From contig JBAPRV010000187.1 of assembly GCA_049281295.1 (NCBI GenBank), forward strand, positions 1 to 45,759: 45,759 bases of DNA, in the 5' to 3' direction. Origin of the DNA: Chlamydiales bacterium. Lineage in GTDB: Bacteria > Chlamydiota > Chlamydiia > Chlamydiales > JAAKFR01. Positions within the stretch are counted from its first letter, which is position 1. Each line of letters starts with the position of its first letter. This document shows, piece after piece, positions 26,165-35,600 of this stretch. Below the pieces are notes generated by a model. It searched no databases. It was not told the origin of the DNA and was given only the letters and a program-made list of their open reading frames with translations. Made by a program: the position numbers and the translations under genes.

Positions 26165-27402
26165 TCCTTCTTCATCTCCTCCGCATGAATCTGCCGCGGC
26201 ATCTGTTCAATGGGTTCAATCAGATCGATCTCTTTTTCTCCCCCTATTTGCATAAAACGTCTTGCAGAGACTAATACCCGTGACTCTAAAGAGCCTACAG
26301 CTCGATTGTAGCTTTGGACGGCGCTTTCAAGTCCTTTTCCTACCTTTATCCAGTGGCCTCCCATATCGGTGATTCTTTTGTACAGCTCTTGCCCTAATTT
26401 TTTAACCTGCTGCACATCCTGGGTTAATTTTTCCTCTCTCCATTGATTGGCGACAGCTCTCAAAAGAGCAATCAGGGTAGTCGGCGTGGCTAAAATAACA
26501 TTTTGATTCACTCCCGCTTCAATAAGGGTAGGGTCTTGCTCAAGGGCTGCGCTAAAAAAAGACTCCGCCGGTAGAAAAAGGACTACAAAATTAGGAGCCG
26601 GTTGAAACTGCTCCCAATACGATTTACGGCTTAACTGCACGATGTGGTTTCGAATCTGTTCGGCATGCTCTTTCATTTTTCGACGGTGCTCTTCTTCCGT
26701 TTGACTCTCCATCGCCTGCAGGTAAGCTAACAGAGGAACTTTGGCATCAATGACAATATTTCTCTTCCCAGGCAATTTAACAATAAGATCAGGGCGGTAT
26801 CTCCTCTCCTCCCCGCTTATGGTTTTTTGCTCAAAAAAATCGCAATGATTCACCATCCCAGCCATTTCAACTACGCGCTTGAGTTGCATCTCGCCCCATT
26901 GCCCTCGCACGCCCGGAGTGCGGAATGCTTTGACTAAATTAGACGTTTCGAGCCGGAGCTCTCTTTGCGTCTCTAGAAGAGATTGAACCTGCTCTTTTAA
27001 TGCCACATAAGCACCTATTCGGTTCTTTTCAAGATCTTCTATCTTCCCGTCAAACTTTTTCAAAGACTCCTGAATGGGGTGAATAAGCTCGTTAAATGTT
27101 CTACTTCTTTTTTCAAATTCCCCCTTATTTTTTTCATGAAATTTTTCAAAGGTTTCCCCGGCCATCTGCAAAAAGTTTTCATTACTCTGCTTGAGCGCCT
27201 CTGCCGAAACCCCTTTAAATTGCTCATTAAAAGCGACTTGTTTTTTTTCGAGCCAGTCCAACTTATCTGTGATCAATTTATTTTCAAACTTGACTCGGAA
27301 ATAGGCAAATAAGCACCCTCCAATGATTAAGAGAGCAAAAAAGAAAAACAAGAGTTCCATGTGAAAAACTATATCGGAAGAAGAAATTCTATGAAACAGC
27401 AT
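26161..27402 (-). CDS. rmuC: DNA recombination protein RmuC
   Basis: N-terminal TM, a coiled coil, then the RmuC core RPDLIVKLPGKRNIVIDAKVPL...FVVLFLPAESF. An alternative start at ATG 27360 would place the TM right at the N-terminus. Confidence 0.9.
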   Translation of the reverse strand: MLFHRISSSDIVFHMELLFFFFALLIIGGCLFAYFRVKFENKLITDKLDWLEKKQVAFNEQFKGVSAEALKQSNENFLQMAGETFEKFHEKNKGEFEKRSRTFNELIHPIQESLKKFDGKIEDLEKNRIGAYVALKEQVQSLLETQRELRLETSNLVKAFRTPGVRGQWGEMQLKRVVEMAGMVNHCDFFEQKTISGEERRYRPDLIVKLPGKRNIVIDAKVPLLAYLQAMESQTEEEHRRKMKEHAEQIRNHIVQLSRKSYWEQFQPAPNFVVLFLPAESFFSAALEQDPTLIEAGVNQNVILATPTTLIALLRAVANQWREEKLTQDVQQVKKLGQELYKRITDMGGHWIKVGKGLESAVQSYNRAVGSLESRVLVSARRFMQIGGEKEIDLIEPIEQMPRQIHAEEMKKD

Positions 27403-28134
27403 CTAAAATGGCTTCTTCCCATTTTTTTATTTGGGATTGCCGCCCCGTTTACCCCCACTATCGACCTGTACGTCTCTGAATGGTTTTACGCTCCTTCTTC
27501 GGTCGGCAGAGGGACTTTTTACAATAATGCAATGATGCAGTTTCTTTTTCGCTACGGAGAAATATTTGGTTTTTTTTCAGGAGGTGCGGCAGGTCTCACT
27601 TTTGTCCTTTCGTTTCTGCTCCCCAAATTCAAAAAATGGCGCCAAGGTGCTTTAGCATGCAGCCTAACTCTCCTTTTAGGCGCCGGGATTATTACCAACT
27701 CCATATTCAAGCAATATTGGGGGCGCCCCCGCCCCAAGCAAATCGTTGAATTTGGAGGACATTCTGTTTACCGTCCTTTTTGGCGTCCTGATTTCAATAG
27801 AACGCATGAGCCGCAAAAATCATTTCCAAGCGGTCACGTAGCCATGGGTTTTTATTTTCTCTCGCTTTGCTTAGCCGGGAGGCGCTACCGAAACCCTCTT
27901 TTATTTAAAGCAGGGCTTTTTTTCACCCTGGCTTTGGGGGGCGGCCTTATGCTAACACGAGTGGCGCAAGGGGGTCATTTTGTCTCGGATGTTTTAGCCT
28001 CAGCACTTCTAATGTGGCTCGTTGCCCTCATCATAGATGCACTCGTTTTTAGATGGGGGGAATGGGAGAGGGCGGCTCTCTATTCAAAACAGCGCGGCAT
28101 TTCTCAAGAACCTGACGAGCTTTCAAAGGTTTAA
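27391..28134 (+). CDS. PAP2-family lipid phosphatase
   Basis: The three PAP2 motifs are present: KQYWGRPRP (Kx6RP), PSGH, TRVAQGGHFVSD (S/TRx5Hx3D). The protein has several TM helices. Confidence 0.85.
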   Translation: MKQHLKWLLPIFLFGIAAPFTPTIDLYVSEWFYAPSSVGRGTFYNNAMMQFLFRYGEIFGFFSGGAAGLTFVLSFLLPKFKKWRQGALACSLTLLLGAGIITNSIFKQYWGRPRPKQIVEFGGHSVYRPFWRPDFNRTHEPQKSFPSGHVAMGFYFLSLCLAGRRYRNPLLFKAGLFFTLALGGGLMLTRVAQGGHFVSDVLASALLMWLVALIIDALVFRWGEWERAALYSKQRGISQEPDELSKV

Positions 28135-28408
28135 GCATCACATCCTTATCCTTTGGATAAGGGTCATCCCTATGACACATCAAAACAATACGCACCCCTT
28201 CATGAATCCACTCTTCTTCATTTTCTCCTATGAGAGCAAAATCAAGAAAAACAAGCTGCGGAAGCTCCTTGTTAAGAATCTCCAAGCCGCTCTCCCTATT
28301 TTGAGCAAAAAAGAGCTCCCCTCCCTCTTCGGCAACTTCGAGAAGCATCATTTCTAATTCCCTCTGCTCTTTTGGATCCATTTCAACAACAAGCACTTTA
28401 TTACGCAT
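28049..28408 (-). CDS. Stand-alone CheY-like receiver domain protein
   Basis: VLVVEMD near the N-terminus, LVFLDFAL (putative phospho-Asp), LKPL (conserved Lys), 119 aa, no output domain. The 3' end overlaps the PAP2 gene by 86 nt (convergent). Confidence 0.65.
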   Translation of the reverse strand: MRNKVLVVEMDPKEQRELEMMLLEVAEEGGELFFAQNRESGLEILNKELPQLVFLDFALIGENEEEWIHEGVRIVLMCHRDDPYPKDKDVMLKPLKARQVLEKCRAVLNREPPSPIPPI

Positions 28409-28450
28409 ACTTTTTTCTCCAACTTATTCAATTGAGCAATAGTGCGTTTG

Positions 28451-28462
28451 CAACTATAGTTG
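28451..28462. promoter_or_regulatory. Perfect 12-bp palindrome CAACTATAGTTG, candidate operator of the LexA-like gene
   Basis: The palindrome lies 31 nt upstream of ATG 28493 in the divergent 84-bp intergenic region. Its architecture xAAC-N4-GTTx resembles the Gram-positive SOS (Cheo) box GAAC-N4-GTTC. Confidence 0.35.
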
Positions 28463-28492
28463 ATTAAATTTAGTCTACTATATTCTGTCAAG

Positions 28493-29107
28493 ATGCAAGG
28501 CCTAACCCGACGCCAAAGAGAAATCCTCGACTTTATTGAAACTTATGTAAACGAGCGGCGACACAGCCCTAGCTACCGGGAGATTCAAAAGCATTTTAGT
28601 TTCTCCTCGCTCGGGTCAGTCTATAACCACATTCAAGCCTTGAAAAAGAAAGGAGCTTTAGAATGCAATAATAAAGCGAGCCGCTCTCTTTTCTTAAAAT
28701 CCCACGCCGCCCCGCCTGCCTCAGCCATTCCTTTGGTAGGTAAATTATGCGATAAAAGCGGCATTGAAACCTTTGCCGAGAGCGTAATGATTCCTCTCCC
28801 CCCCCAAATGGTTCCCGAGGAAGGAGAGTGTTATCTACTTCAGATTGAAGGAAACACACTTAAAGAGGAGCTCATGCTAGAGGGCGATTTTCTCTTAGTG
28901 CAGCCGCGTCCCTCCTTTGAAGAGGGGGAGACAGTTATTGCTCTGGTGGGCGGGCATACGACGATAGTCAAACGCGTTTATCACGAAAACGACCACCTTC
29001 GATTTGAATCTATCAATCCCCTTGTGCAGCCCCTGATATTGCGAAAAGAGCATGTACAGATTCAGGGGGCTATTATTTCTTTATTCCGACACTATACTGC
29101 CAGTTAA
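28493..29107 (+). CDS. lexA: LexA-family repressor, probably non-autocleaving variant
   Basis: The N-terminal winged helix LTRRQREILDFIETYVNERRHSPSYREIQKHF is canonical LexA. In the S24-like C-terminal domain Lys is retained (TIVKRV), GNTL replaces GxSM (Ser to Thr), and LCDKSG replaces the VAAGEP cleavage loop. Confidence 0.75.
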   Translation: MQGLTRRQREILDFIETYVNERRHSPSYREIQKHFSFSSLGSVYNHIQALKKKGALECNNKASRSLFLKSHAAPPASAIPLVGKLCDKSGIETFAESVMIPLPPQMVPEEGECYLLQIEGNTLKEELMLEGDFLLVQPRPSFEEGETVIALVGGHTTIVKRVYHENDHLRFESINPLVQPLILRKEHVQIQGAIISLFRHYTAS

Positions 29108-29132
29108 GCAGAAGTAGAATAAGTTCAAAACT

Positions 29133-30926
29133 TTACAAATTGAAGGAAAAGTAAAAATTCCAAAATAAATTGGTTAGAGCCGTTGTTTCTTTTGGATTCA
29201 ATTCCTCAAGGAAATCTGAAGTAAGTATTTTAGCGACCTTTTTTCTGTCCAACTGTGAAATAAGGCTGATAAAATTCCCTGCCCGAATACCAAGGTCACG
29301 AAGTGCTTGCCTATGTTTTTTTTCTATTTCTTGGTAAAACTCTTCAGACAAAATGAAATTCAGATCATAAACAGAAAGCGGCGGAAATTTTTTTTCTTCA
29401 CTTTGTTTTTCGTACAAGGTAACAATCGCTTTAATCCAACCTCCTTTTTCTAAAGATGTATATAGTCCATATCCAACCGCTGGGTGAATATATATTTCTC
29501 GAGTTTCATTGATTCGCATTCCTTTTAATCCATGCGCAAACCCAGAAATTGTCTCTGTTAAGTGAACAGTAGAATGTGTGTTTTGTGTTAGGAGATGGTC
29601 ATGGTGATCATAAATTGCATAATCAATCACAACTTTAGTTTGATCATTTAACTTTCCACCAGTACCCGGCAAAGAAGTTTTATAATAAAGCAAATTTTTT
29701 ACAACCGGAACAAAGTCTTTATTTTTGTGAAGCTTTGAAAAGAATCGGTTTGAGTTCAAAAGATTCTGCTTTACGTGTTCAATATTAGCTATAGCGCTTG
29801 GGAAGCCTTCTGGATCATTAGCATAGGACTCTTTTTCAATATCAGCATTAATAATTCCTTCAATATGACTATTTAGATAATGTATATTAAATTTTTGATC
29901 TTTAAAACTCTGCTTGAGATATTTTGCAAATAGCGTGTTGTAATCTATTTGTTCAAGGGGAATTTTATTTTCAATAATATCGGGTATCTCTATTGTTTCT
30001 CCTATAGTTTTATAAAGGATATCTTTAATAAAAGTTGGAGACTCCAATTCATTTTGAATGTTTGCTTGAGTTTTTTCAAAATCTTTTATCTTTTTTGAAG
30101 TTTCAGCATCGCGGGGTACATGACCAAATACAAATTCTGGTTTATTGTTTAGAAGCATCTCAGAAGATGTTTTTATCATTTTTGATAAAAACTCCGACTC
30201 TTCACTTAAAGTTGAAAATCCAAAACTAGGTTTTTGGGTTGTATATAATTGTATTCCCCTATTCTCTTGGAAACTTTCCGAAGGGGAAAAAAGAAAAAAC
30301 CTGTAATCCTCTTCTTTGGGTTTGAGGGGAGGCAGGGAGGGTTGCATCATATTAGAAATATATATTTCTTCTTCTCTAGCAACATATAGCGAATTTTGTA
30401 CTCCATAGCCTAAAATTATTCCAATCAATGCACTATCATTCTTCAGTGTATTCAAAAAACCATCTTTTAATATGGCTGCTAATAGTGACTCAGATTCAAT
30501 ATTTGGACCAAGAACGTATTGAAATAACGAGATGTTATCTTGTATTGTTTGCAAAAATAGATCTTTATTAATTACAAGAATTAGATCAGCCTTAGCATCA
30601 AAGCTAATAATAATTTTTCTATTCTTGAAGCAAGGCTTCTCTATGACTTCTTTAGCAGCTGCTATAGCTACAGAAGTTTTGTGAAACCTTGAACAGTTGA
30701 ACATAGTATCAGCTAAACTATAAGGCTGAATGGCCATTGGTTTTTCATCATAAAAAACATATCCACACATTGTTTCTTTGAAAAGGCATTGAAATAACTT
30801 TTCTAATAAAATAATTTCTTGATTGGTAAAACTGAGGCTTGCAAAAGTTATAGAGGAGAGAAAAACAAAAAAAGGTATTAAGATTTTTAAAAAAAACATA
30901 CTAAAAATCCATTCCTTATATAACAT
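29133..30926 (-). CDS. Secreted protein with a C-proximal FKBP-type PPIase domain (Mip-like fusion)
   Basis: N-terminal signal-like segment FFLKILIPFFVFLSSITFASL. An FKBP-like block VVIDYAIYDHHDHLL...ISGFAHGLKGMRINETREIYIHPAVGYG...AIVTLYE. The gene is AT-rich, and an alternative start is ATG 30899. Confidence 0.7.
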   Translation of the reverse strand: MLYKEWIFSMFFLKILIPFFVFLSSITFASLSFTNQEIILLEKLFQCLFKETMCGYVFYDEKPMAIQPYSLADTMFNCSRFHKTSVAIAAAKEVIEKPCFKNRKIIISFDAKADLILVINKDLFLQTIQDNISLFQYVLGPNIESESLLAAILKDGFLNTLKNDSALIGIILGYGVQNSLYVAREEEIYISNMMQPSLPPLKPKEEDYRFFLFSPSESFQENRGIQLYTTQKPSFGFSTLSEESEFLSKMIKTSSEMLLNNKPEFVFGHVPRDAETSKKIKDFEKTQANIQNELESPTFIKDILYKTIGETIEIPDIIENKIPLEQIDYNTLFAKYLKQSFKDQKFNIHYLNSHIEGIINADIEKESYANDPEGFPSAIANIEHVKQNLLNSNRFFSKLHKNKDFVPVVKNLLYYKTSLPGTGGKLNDQTKVVIDYAIYDHHDHLLTQNTHSTVHLTETISGFAHGLKGMRINETREIYIHPAVGYGLYTSLEKGGWIKAIVTLYEKQSEEKKFPPLSVYDLNFILSEEFYQEIEKKHRQALRDLGIRAGNFISLISQLDRKKVAKILTSDFLEELNPKETTALTNLFWNFYFSFNL

Positions 30927-30968
30927 GGAATGGATACATTATTAATAGGGTTCTTTTCAACGAAAAAA

Positions 30969-31334
30969 CTACTCATTGCAACGGCATCTATAGGGACAAT
31001 TGCCTGCACCGCATCCAAAACATCTAGGGCATACGCAGGGATGAAAATTTGGGCAGCGCATTACAAAGCGAGTATCTTCTGAGGATATATTTGACTCAAA
31101 AATATATAACCCATGTTCATCAGAATTTAGCTGTGAAACAGCGATTTTTTTTAGGCTGTTTTCTGAGGAAGGGAGCAAAATATAAATCCCGGAATCAGAA
31201 ACAATAATATTATCAGCAGATAGAGCGATTCTTCCTTCGTGGCCGGAACCCGAGTAGTTAGAATCATAACTGTAAGCAATGCTTTGAAAAATGACAACAC
31301 ATACAGCTGCAAAGGTTAAAAAAAATTTCTTCAT
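30969..31334 (-). CDS. Small secreted protein with a C-terminal Cys cluster
   Basis: GGAGG sits 8 nt upstream of ATG 31334. Signal peptide MKKFFLTFAAVCVVIFQSIAYS. The last 29 aa contain 10 Cys (RCPNFHPCVCPRCFGCGAGNCPYRCRCNE). Confidence 0.6.
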   Translation of the reverse strand: MKKFFLTFAAVCVVIFQSIAYSYDSNYSGSGHEGRIALSADNIIVSDSGIYILLPSSENSLKKIAVSQLNSDEHGLYIFESNISSEDTRFVMRCPNFHPCVCPRCFGCGAGNCPYRCRCNE

Positions 31335-31507
31335 ATCAAATTCCTCCATTTTTAGAAATTTCTTTATATTTCAAAAATAAAATCTTATTCGTATTTTAAT
31401 TTTTATTAAAGACTTTTATTGCTGTAAGCATGAAAAATTTTTCAAAAGATTTGGATAGAGCGAGAAGCTACGTAGGAGAGAGGCGATTTTCGATATCACT
31501 ATTTTTA

Positions 31508-31538
31508 CGATTCAATTGTGAAATTCTCAATTGAATCG
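31508..31538. repeat. Palindromic hairpin just downstream of pssA, related to the palindrome next to the IS at 44.2 kb
   Basis: CGATTCAATTG (31508-31518) and CAATTGAATCG (31528-31538) form an 11-bp stem with a 9-nt loop. 31512-31539 is about 90 percent identical to 44274-44302, including the 13-nt exact match TCAATTGAATCGA. Confidence 0.7.
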
Positions 31539-31548
31539 AGTATAATGC

Positions 31549-32382
31549 CTATTCCTCCTCATCATACGGTTCAAAATCTGCCAAGGTTTTGGACCGTTTC
31601 CCTGCAACCAGCCGAATAATCGATAATGTCCAAGAGATCAGTAAATAGAGCCATGAGGCGATAAAAAATGCCTCGGCGAAGAAATCGAGAATGCCGTAAA
31701 GAAATAAAACCGCAACAACCCCGGTGGCAATCACCAGATAAAAAGAGGGAACTCGGAAATGAAGGGCTTTAATGCTTGGAAATTTCCACCGGCTCACCAT
31801 AAAGTAACCTAACACTAAAAGCACCCCAATTAGAATAAGCGCTCTCGTTTTTGTGCTCAGTGCAAAGGTCTCTTCTACAAAAGGGGAGACCATAATCAAG
31901 GCTGTCGAAACAGCCCCTGCCGCTGCAGCAGGAATGGGAAGCCCTACAAAATGTTTATTTTTTACAAGCGCAGCCTCTGGCTTATCTACCCCCTGAGCCC
32001 GTATATTATACCGAACTAAGCGAAGCACCCCACAAAGGGCGTAAATCATCGATGCAATAATGACAAAAAAAGTCAAAAGACGCCCCAAATCTTCATTTGC
32101 AAAGCTCTTCAATACTAAAAGAGGCGGGGCTACTCCAAAAGTGACACAGTCGGAAAGAGAATCAAACTGTCCTCCAAACTCACTCTCAGCTCGTATCAAT
32201 CTAGCGATCGCTCCGTCGGCCAGGTCTGCAATCGCCGCAATTAAAAGCAAAATCGCTGAAGCCTGAAGAATTGAAAACAAATCGCGCGTCGGATCTACCA
32301 GGCTTGTCTTAAAAATTACAAATAGCCCGCAAGAAAGGCCGAAAGCAGTAATCGCGTTGGGGATAAGATAAGGCTTTTTCAT
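31549..32382 (-). CDS. pssA: CDP-diacylglycerol--serine O-phosphatidyltransferase (CDP-alcohol phosphatidyltransferase family)
   Basis: Exact family motif DLADGAIAR-x8-G-x3-D-x3-D (DLADGAIARLIRAESEFGGQFDSLSD) in a multi-TM protein. Confidence 0.88.
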   Translation of the reverse strand: MKKPYLIPNAITAFGLSCGLFVIFKTSLVDPTRDLFSILQASAILLLIAAIADLADGAIARLIRAESEFGGQFDSLSDCVTFGVAPPLLVLKSFANEDLGRLLTFFVIIASMIYALCGVLRLVRYNIRAQGVDKPEAALVKNKHFVGLPIPAAAAGAVSTALIMVSPFVEETFALSTKTRALILIGVLLVLGYFMVSRWKFPSIKALHFRVPSFYLVIATGVVAVLFLYGILDFFAEAFFIASWLYLLISWTLSIIRLVAGKRSKTLADFEPYDEEE

Positions 32383-32537
32383 AACAGGCTTATTTTAAGC
32401 AAAAATTAATAAAAGAGCTATATCTATTAACTTATTTATTAACTAAATTTTAAAAAATATAGGAAAGTTTCTAATTTTCTGGATCTAGCATCTTTTTCGA
32501 AAATCAGATTCCAATTTCCATAGACAATATCCCAATG

Positions 32538-32553
32538 ATACTATATATAGTGT
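32538..32553. promoter_or_regulatory. NrdR box overlapping a putative nrdAB promoter
   Basis: ATACTATATATAGTGT matches the NrdR consensus acaCwAtATaTwGtgt at 15 of 16 positions. A possible -35 TAGACA (32521-32526) and -10 TATATA (32544-32549) are spaced 17 nt apart, about 100 nt upstream of nrdA. Confidence 0.55.
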
Positions 32554-32649
32554 TTCAGGATGACTAATGGTACAACCGGTAGTAGTTGCCCGCTCAATCA
32601 GCAATTTTTTGCAACCGATATTTCCAAAAAAAGTGAGAATAAATAAGGT

Positions 32650-35600
32650 ATGAAAGAAGATCAAACTACAGCCACACTCGTCTCTGATTCAGAAGAGGCC
32701 CTGGCAGATATAACAACAAGTGAGATAGAAGAGAATATGCAAAAATTGGAAACGCAATCCTACACCATTGTTAAGCGCAATGGCATGCTAGTTCCCTTCC
32801 AAAGGGAGCGGATTGCCAATGCCGTGGAGGCCGCTTTTCGTGATACTAAAGCCATTGCCTCTCCCCAACCTCTTCCCGGTGATATGCAGCAGGCAATGAT
32901 CCGTGTGATCGATCTCGTGGTGGAAGAGGCTTCCCATATGGCTGAGCTTGGCGCTCTTCTAACGGTTGAAAGTATCCAAGACATTGTTGAAATGAAATTG
33001 ATGGAGATGGGTTACCACGATGTAGCTCGCGACTACATCATTTACCGCGACCATCACAAACAGCTTCGAACAGACTCTCCTCAAGCGCTGAAAATTTTAC
33101 GCCGCGATAAAACTACCTTTGTCCGTTTCAATCCGATGAAAATCGCTTCCGCTCTTGAACGCGCTTTTCGCGATACTTTAAAAAGTGTAGGCCCCACTCC
33201 CCAAGAGGTCATTGAATCGGTCAATCTCATCACTCAAAAGATCGTTGATTTTGCCCTACAAACAGCTCAAGCAAAAACCATCCTTCACGTTGAAATGATT
33301 CAAGATCAAATCGAACATCAATTAATGACGGAAGGGCATTACAATGTCGCCAAAGATTTTATTCTCTATCGCGCTCAAAAGGCGGCCGAAAGAGAAAAGC
33401 AAAAACCTCCAATCCCTGCTGAAGAGAAAGCTGCTGAAAAAGAGCAGTTCTTTACGGTTACCAGAGCCGATGGCTCTCAATACACACTCGGAGAAAAGGA
33501 GCTTTATCAAAAAATGGCTTTTGCTTGTAAAGGTTATGAATCGCTCGTTTCCGTTGACGAATTGGTCGATCAAGCCATTGCCAATTTCTACGATGGTATC
33601 AAAGAGCGCGAGATTGACCTGGCAAATATCATGGCGGCAAGAGCTAAAGTTGAAAGCGAGCCCGCCTATACCTATGTGGCTGCAAATCTCCTTCTCGATG
33701 TGATCTATCGGGAAACGATGGGGATACAAGCAGCTACCCCTCACCTAAAGCAGCGGTATCAAAGCTATTTCAAAGAGTATTTCCAACATGCTATCTCTTT
33801 AGGGCGCCTCGACCCTGCTCTTTTGGACTTCGATCTCGAAAAATTATCAAAAGCTCTAGATATTACACGAGACCATCAATTCACTTATTTAGGACTGCAA
33901 ACCCTTTACGATCGTTATTTTATTCACCACAGAGAGCGCCGCCTCGAAACGCCGCAGATCTTTTGGATGCGAGTGGCTATGGGGCTTGCTTTAAATGAAG
34001 GGAATGAGAAAAACGATCGAGCCATTGAGTTTTACAATGTCCTTTCGAAATTTCTCTACATATCGAGCACCCCTACCCTGTTTAACTCCGGAACCGTTCA
34101 CTCTCAACTCAGCTCTTGCTACCTTTCCACTGTGATGGATGATCTCTCCCATATTTATAAAGTTATTTCAGATGATGCCCAACTTTCAAAATGGGCAGGA
34201 GGCCTTGGCAACGACTGGACAAATGTGAGAGCAACAGGGGCATTTATTAAAGGGACTAATGGAAAAAGTCAGGGAGTAATCCCCTTCTTGAAAGTAGCGA
34301 ACGATACAGCTGTAGCTGTCAATCAAGGGGGAAAACGGAAAGGAGCGCTCTGTGTCTATTTAGAGACGTGGCATCTTGATATTGAAGATTTTTTAGAATT
34401 GAGAAAAAACACAGGAGACGAAAGACGGCGGACTCACGACATCAACACGGCTAATTGGATCCCCGATCTTTTCATCAAGCGGGTGATTAATAATGAATCA
34501 TGGACTCTTTTTAGCCCTCACGAAGTACCCGATCTACACAACCTTTATGGAAAAGCATTTGAAGAAAAATATGTCGAATATGAAAAGCGGGTTGAAAAAG
34601 GAGAGATCACTCTATTTAAAAAAGTAGAGGCCGTCCAGCTTTGGCGTAAAATGCTCGGGATGCTCTATGAAACGGGCCACCCGTGGATTACCTTTAAAGA
34701 CCCCTCCAACCTCCGTTCTCCTCAAGACCATGCAGGAGTAGTCCATAGCTCAAATCTATGCACTGAAATTCTGCTCAACACTTCAGCAGACGAAACCGCT
34801 GTGTGCAACCTCGGTTCGATCAACCTTGTGGCCCACCTTACAGAAAAAGGGATCCATCGAGAATTATTGGCTTCGACCATTCAAACGGCTATTCGGATGC
34901 TCGATAATGTGATCGATATCAATTTTTACCCCACAGAAGATGCTAAACGGGCTAATTTGCGCCACCGCGCTGTAGGGTTGGGTTTAATGGGTTTTCAAGA
35001 TGCGCTATACAAGCTCGGCATAAGCTATGCGAGCCATGAAGCGGTTGAATTTGCCGATAAAAGCATGGAGCTGATTGCCTATCATGCTATTTTAGCATCC
35101 AGCCAACTCGCTAAAGAACGAGGGCCTTACTCCACCTATAAGGACTCAAAATGGGATCGAGGTATTTTGCCGTTAGACTCTATCGAACTGCTTGCCGATC
35201 AAAGAGGAGAAAATTATGTCGAAATGGACACCTCCTCCCATCTCGACTGGACTGAGGTGCGCGACTCCATCAAAAAATATGGAATGCGAAACTGCAACAC
35301 CATGGCAATTGCTCCAACAGCCACTATTGCCAATATTTCAAATGTGAGCCAATCTATCGAACCTATGTACAAGCATCTATTTGTGAAATCAAACCTTTCC
35401 GGTGAATTTACTATTCTTAACGCCTGTCTCGTTGAAGCTCTTAAAAAAGAGAATCTATGGGATGAAGAGATGATTGATGATTTGAAATACTTTGACGGAT
35501 CGCTGCATGAAATAGAGCGTATACCCGACTCGATCAAAAAACTCTTTCCTACCGCGTTCGAAATTGAACCCGACTGGTTGATCGAGTGTGCCAGCCGACG

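Noticed and set aside
32461-32586. A second NrdR box at the canonical ~31-bp (or 21-bp) offset from the strong box
   Set aside because: The candidate 16-mers at about 32506-32521, 32517-32532 and 32571-32586 match the consensus poorly. Only the single box is reported.
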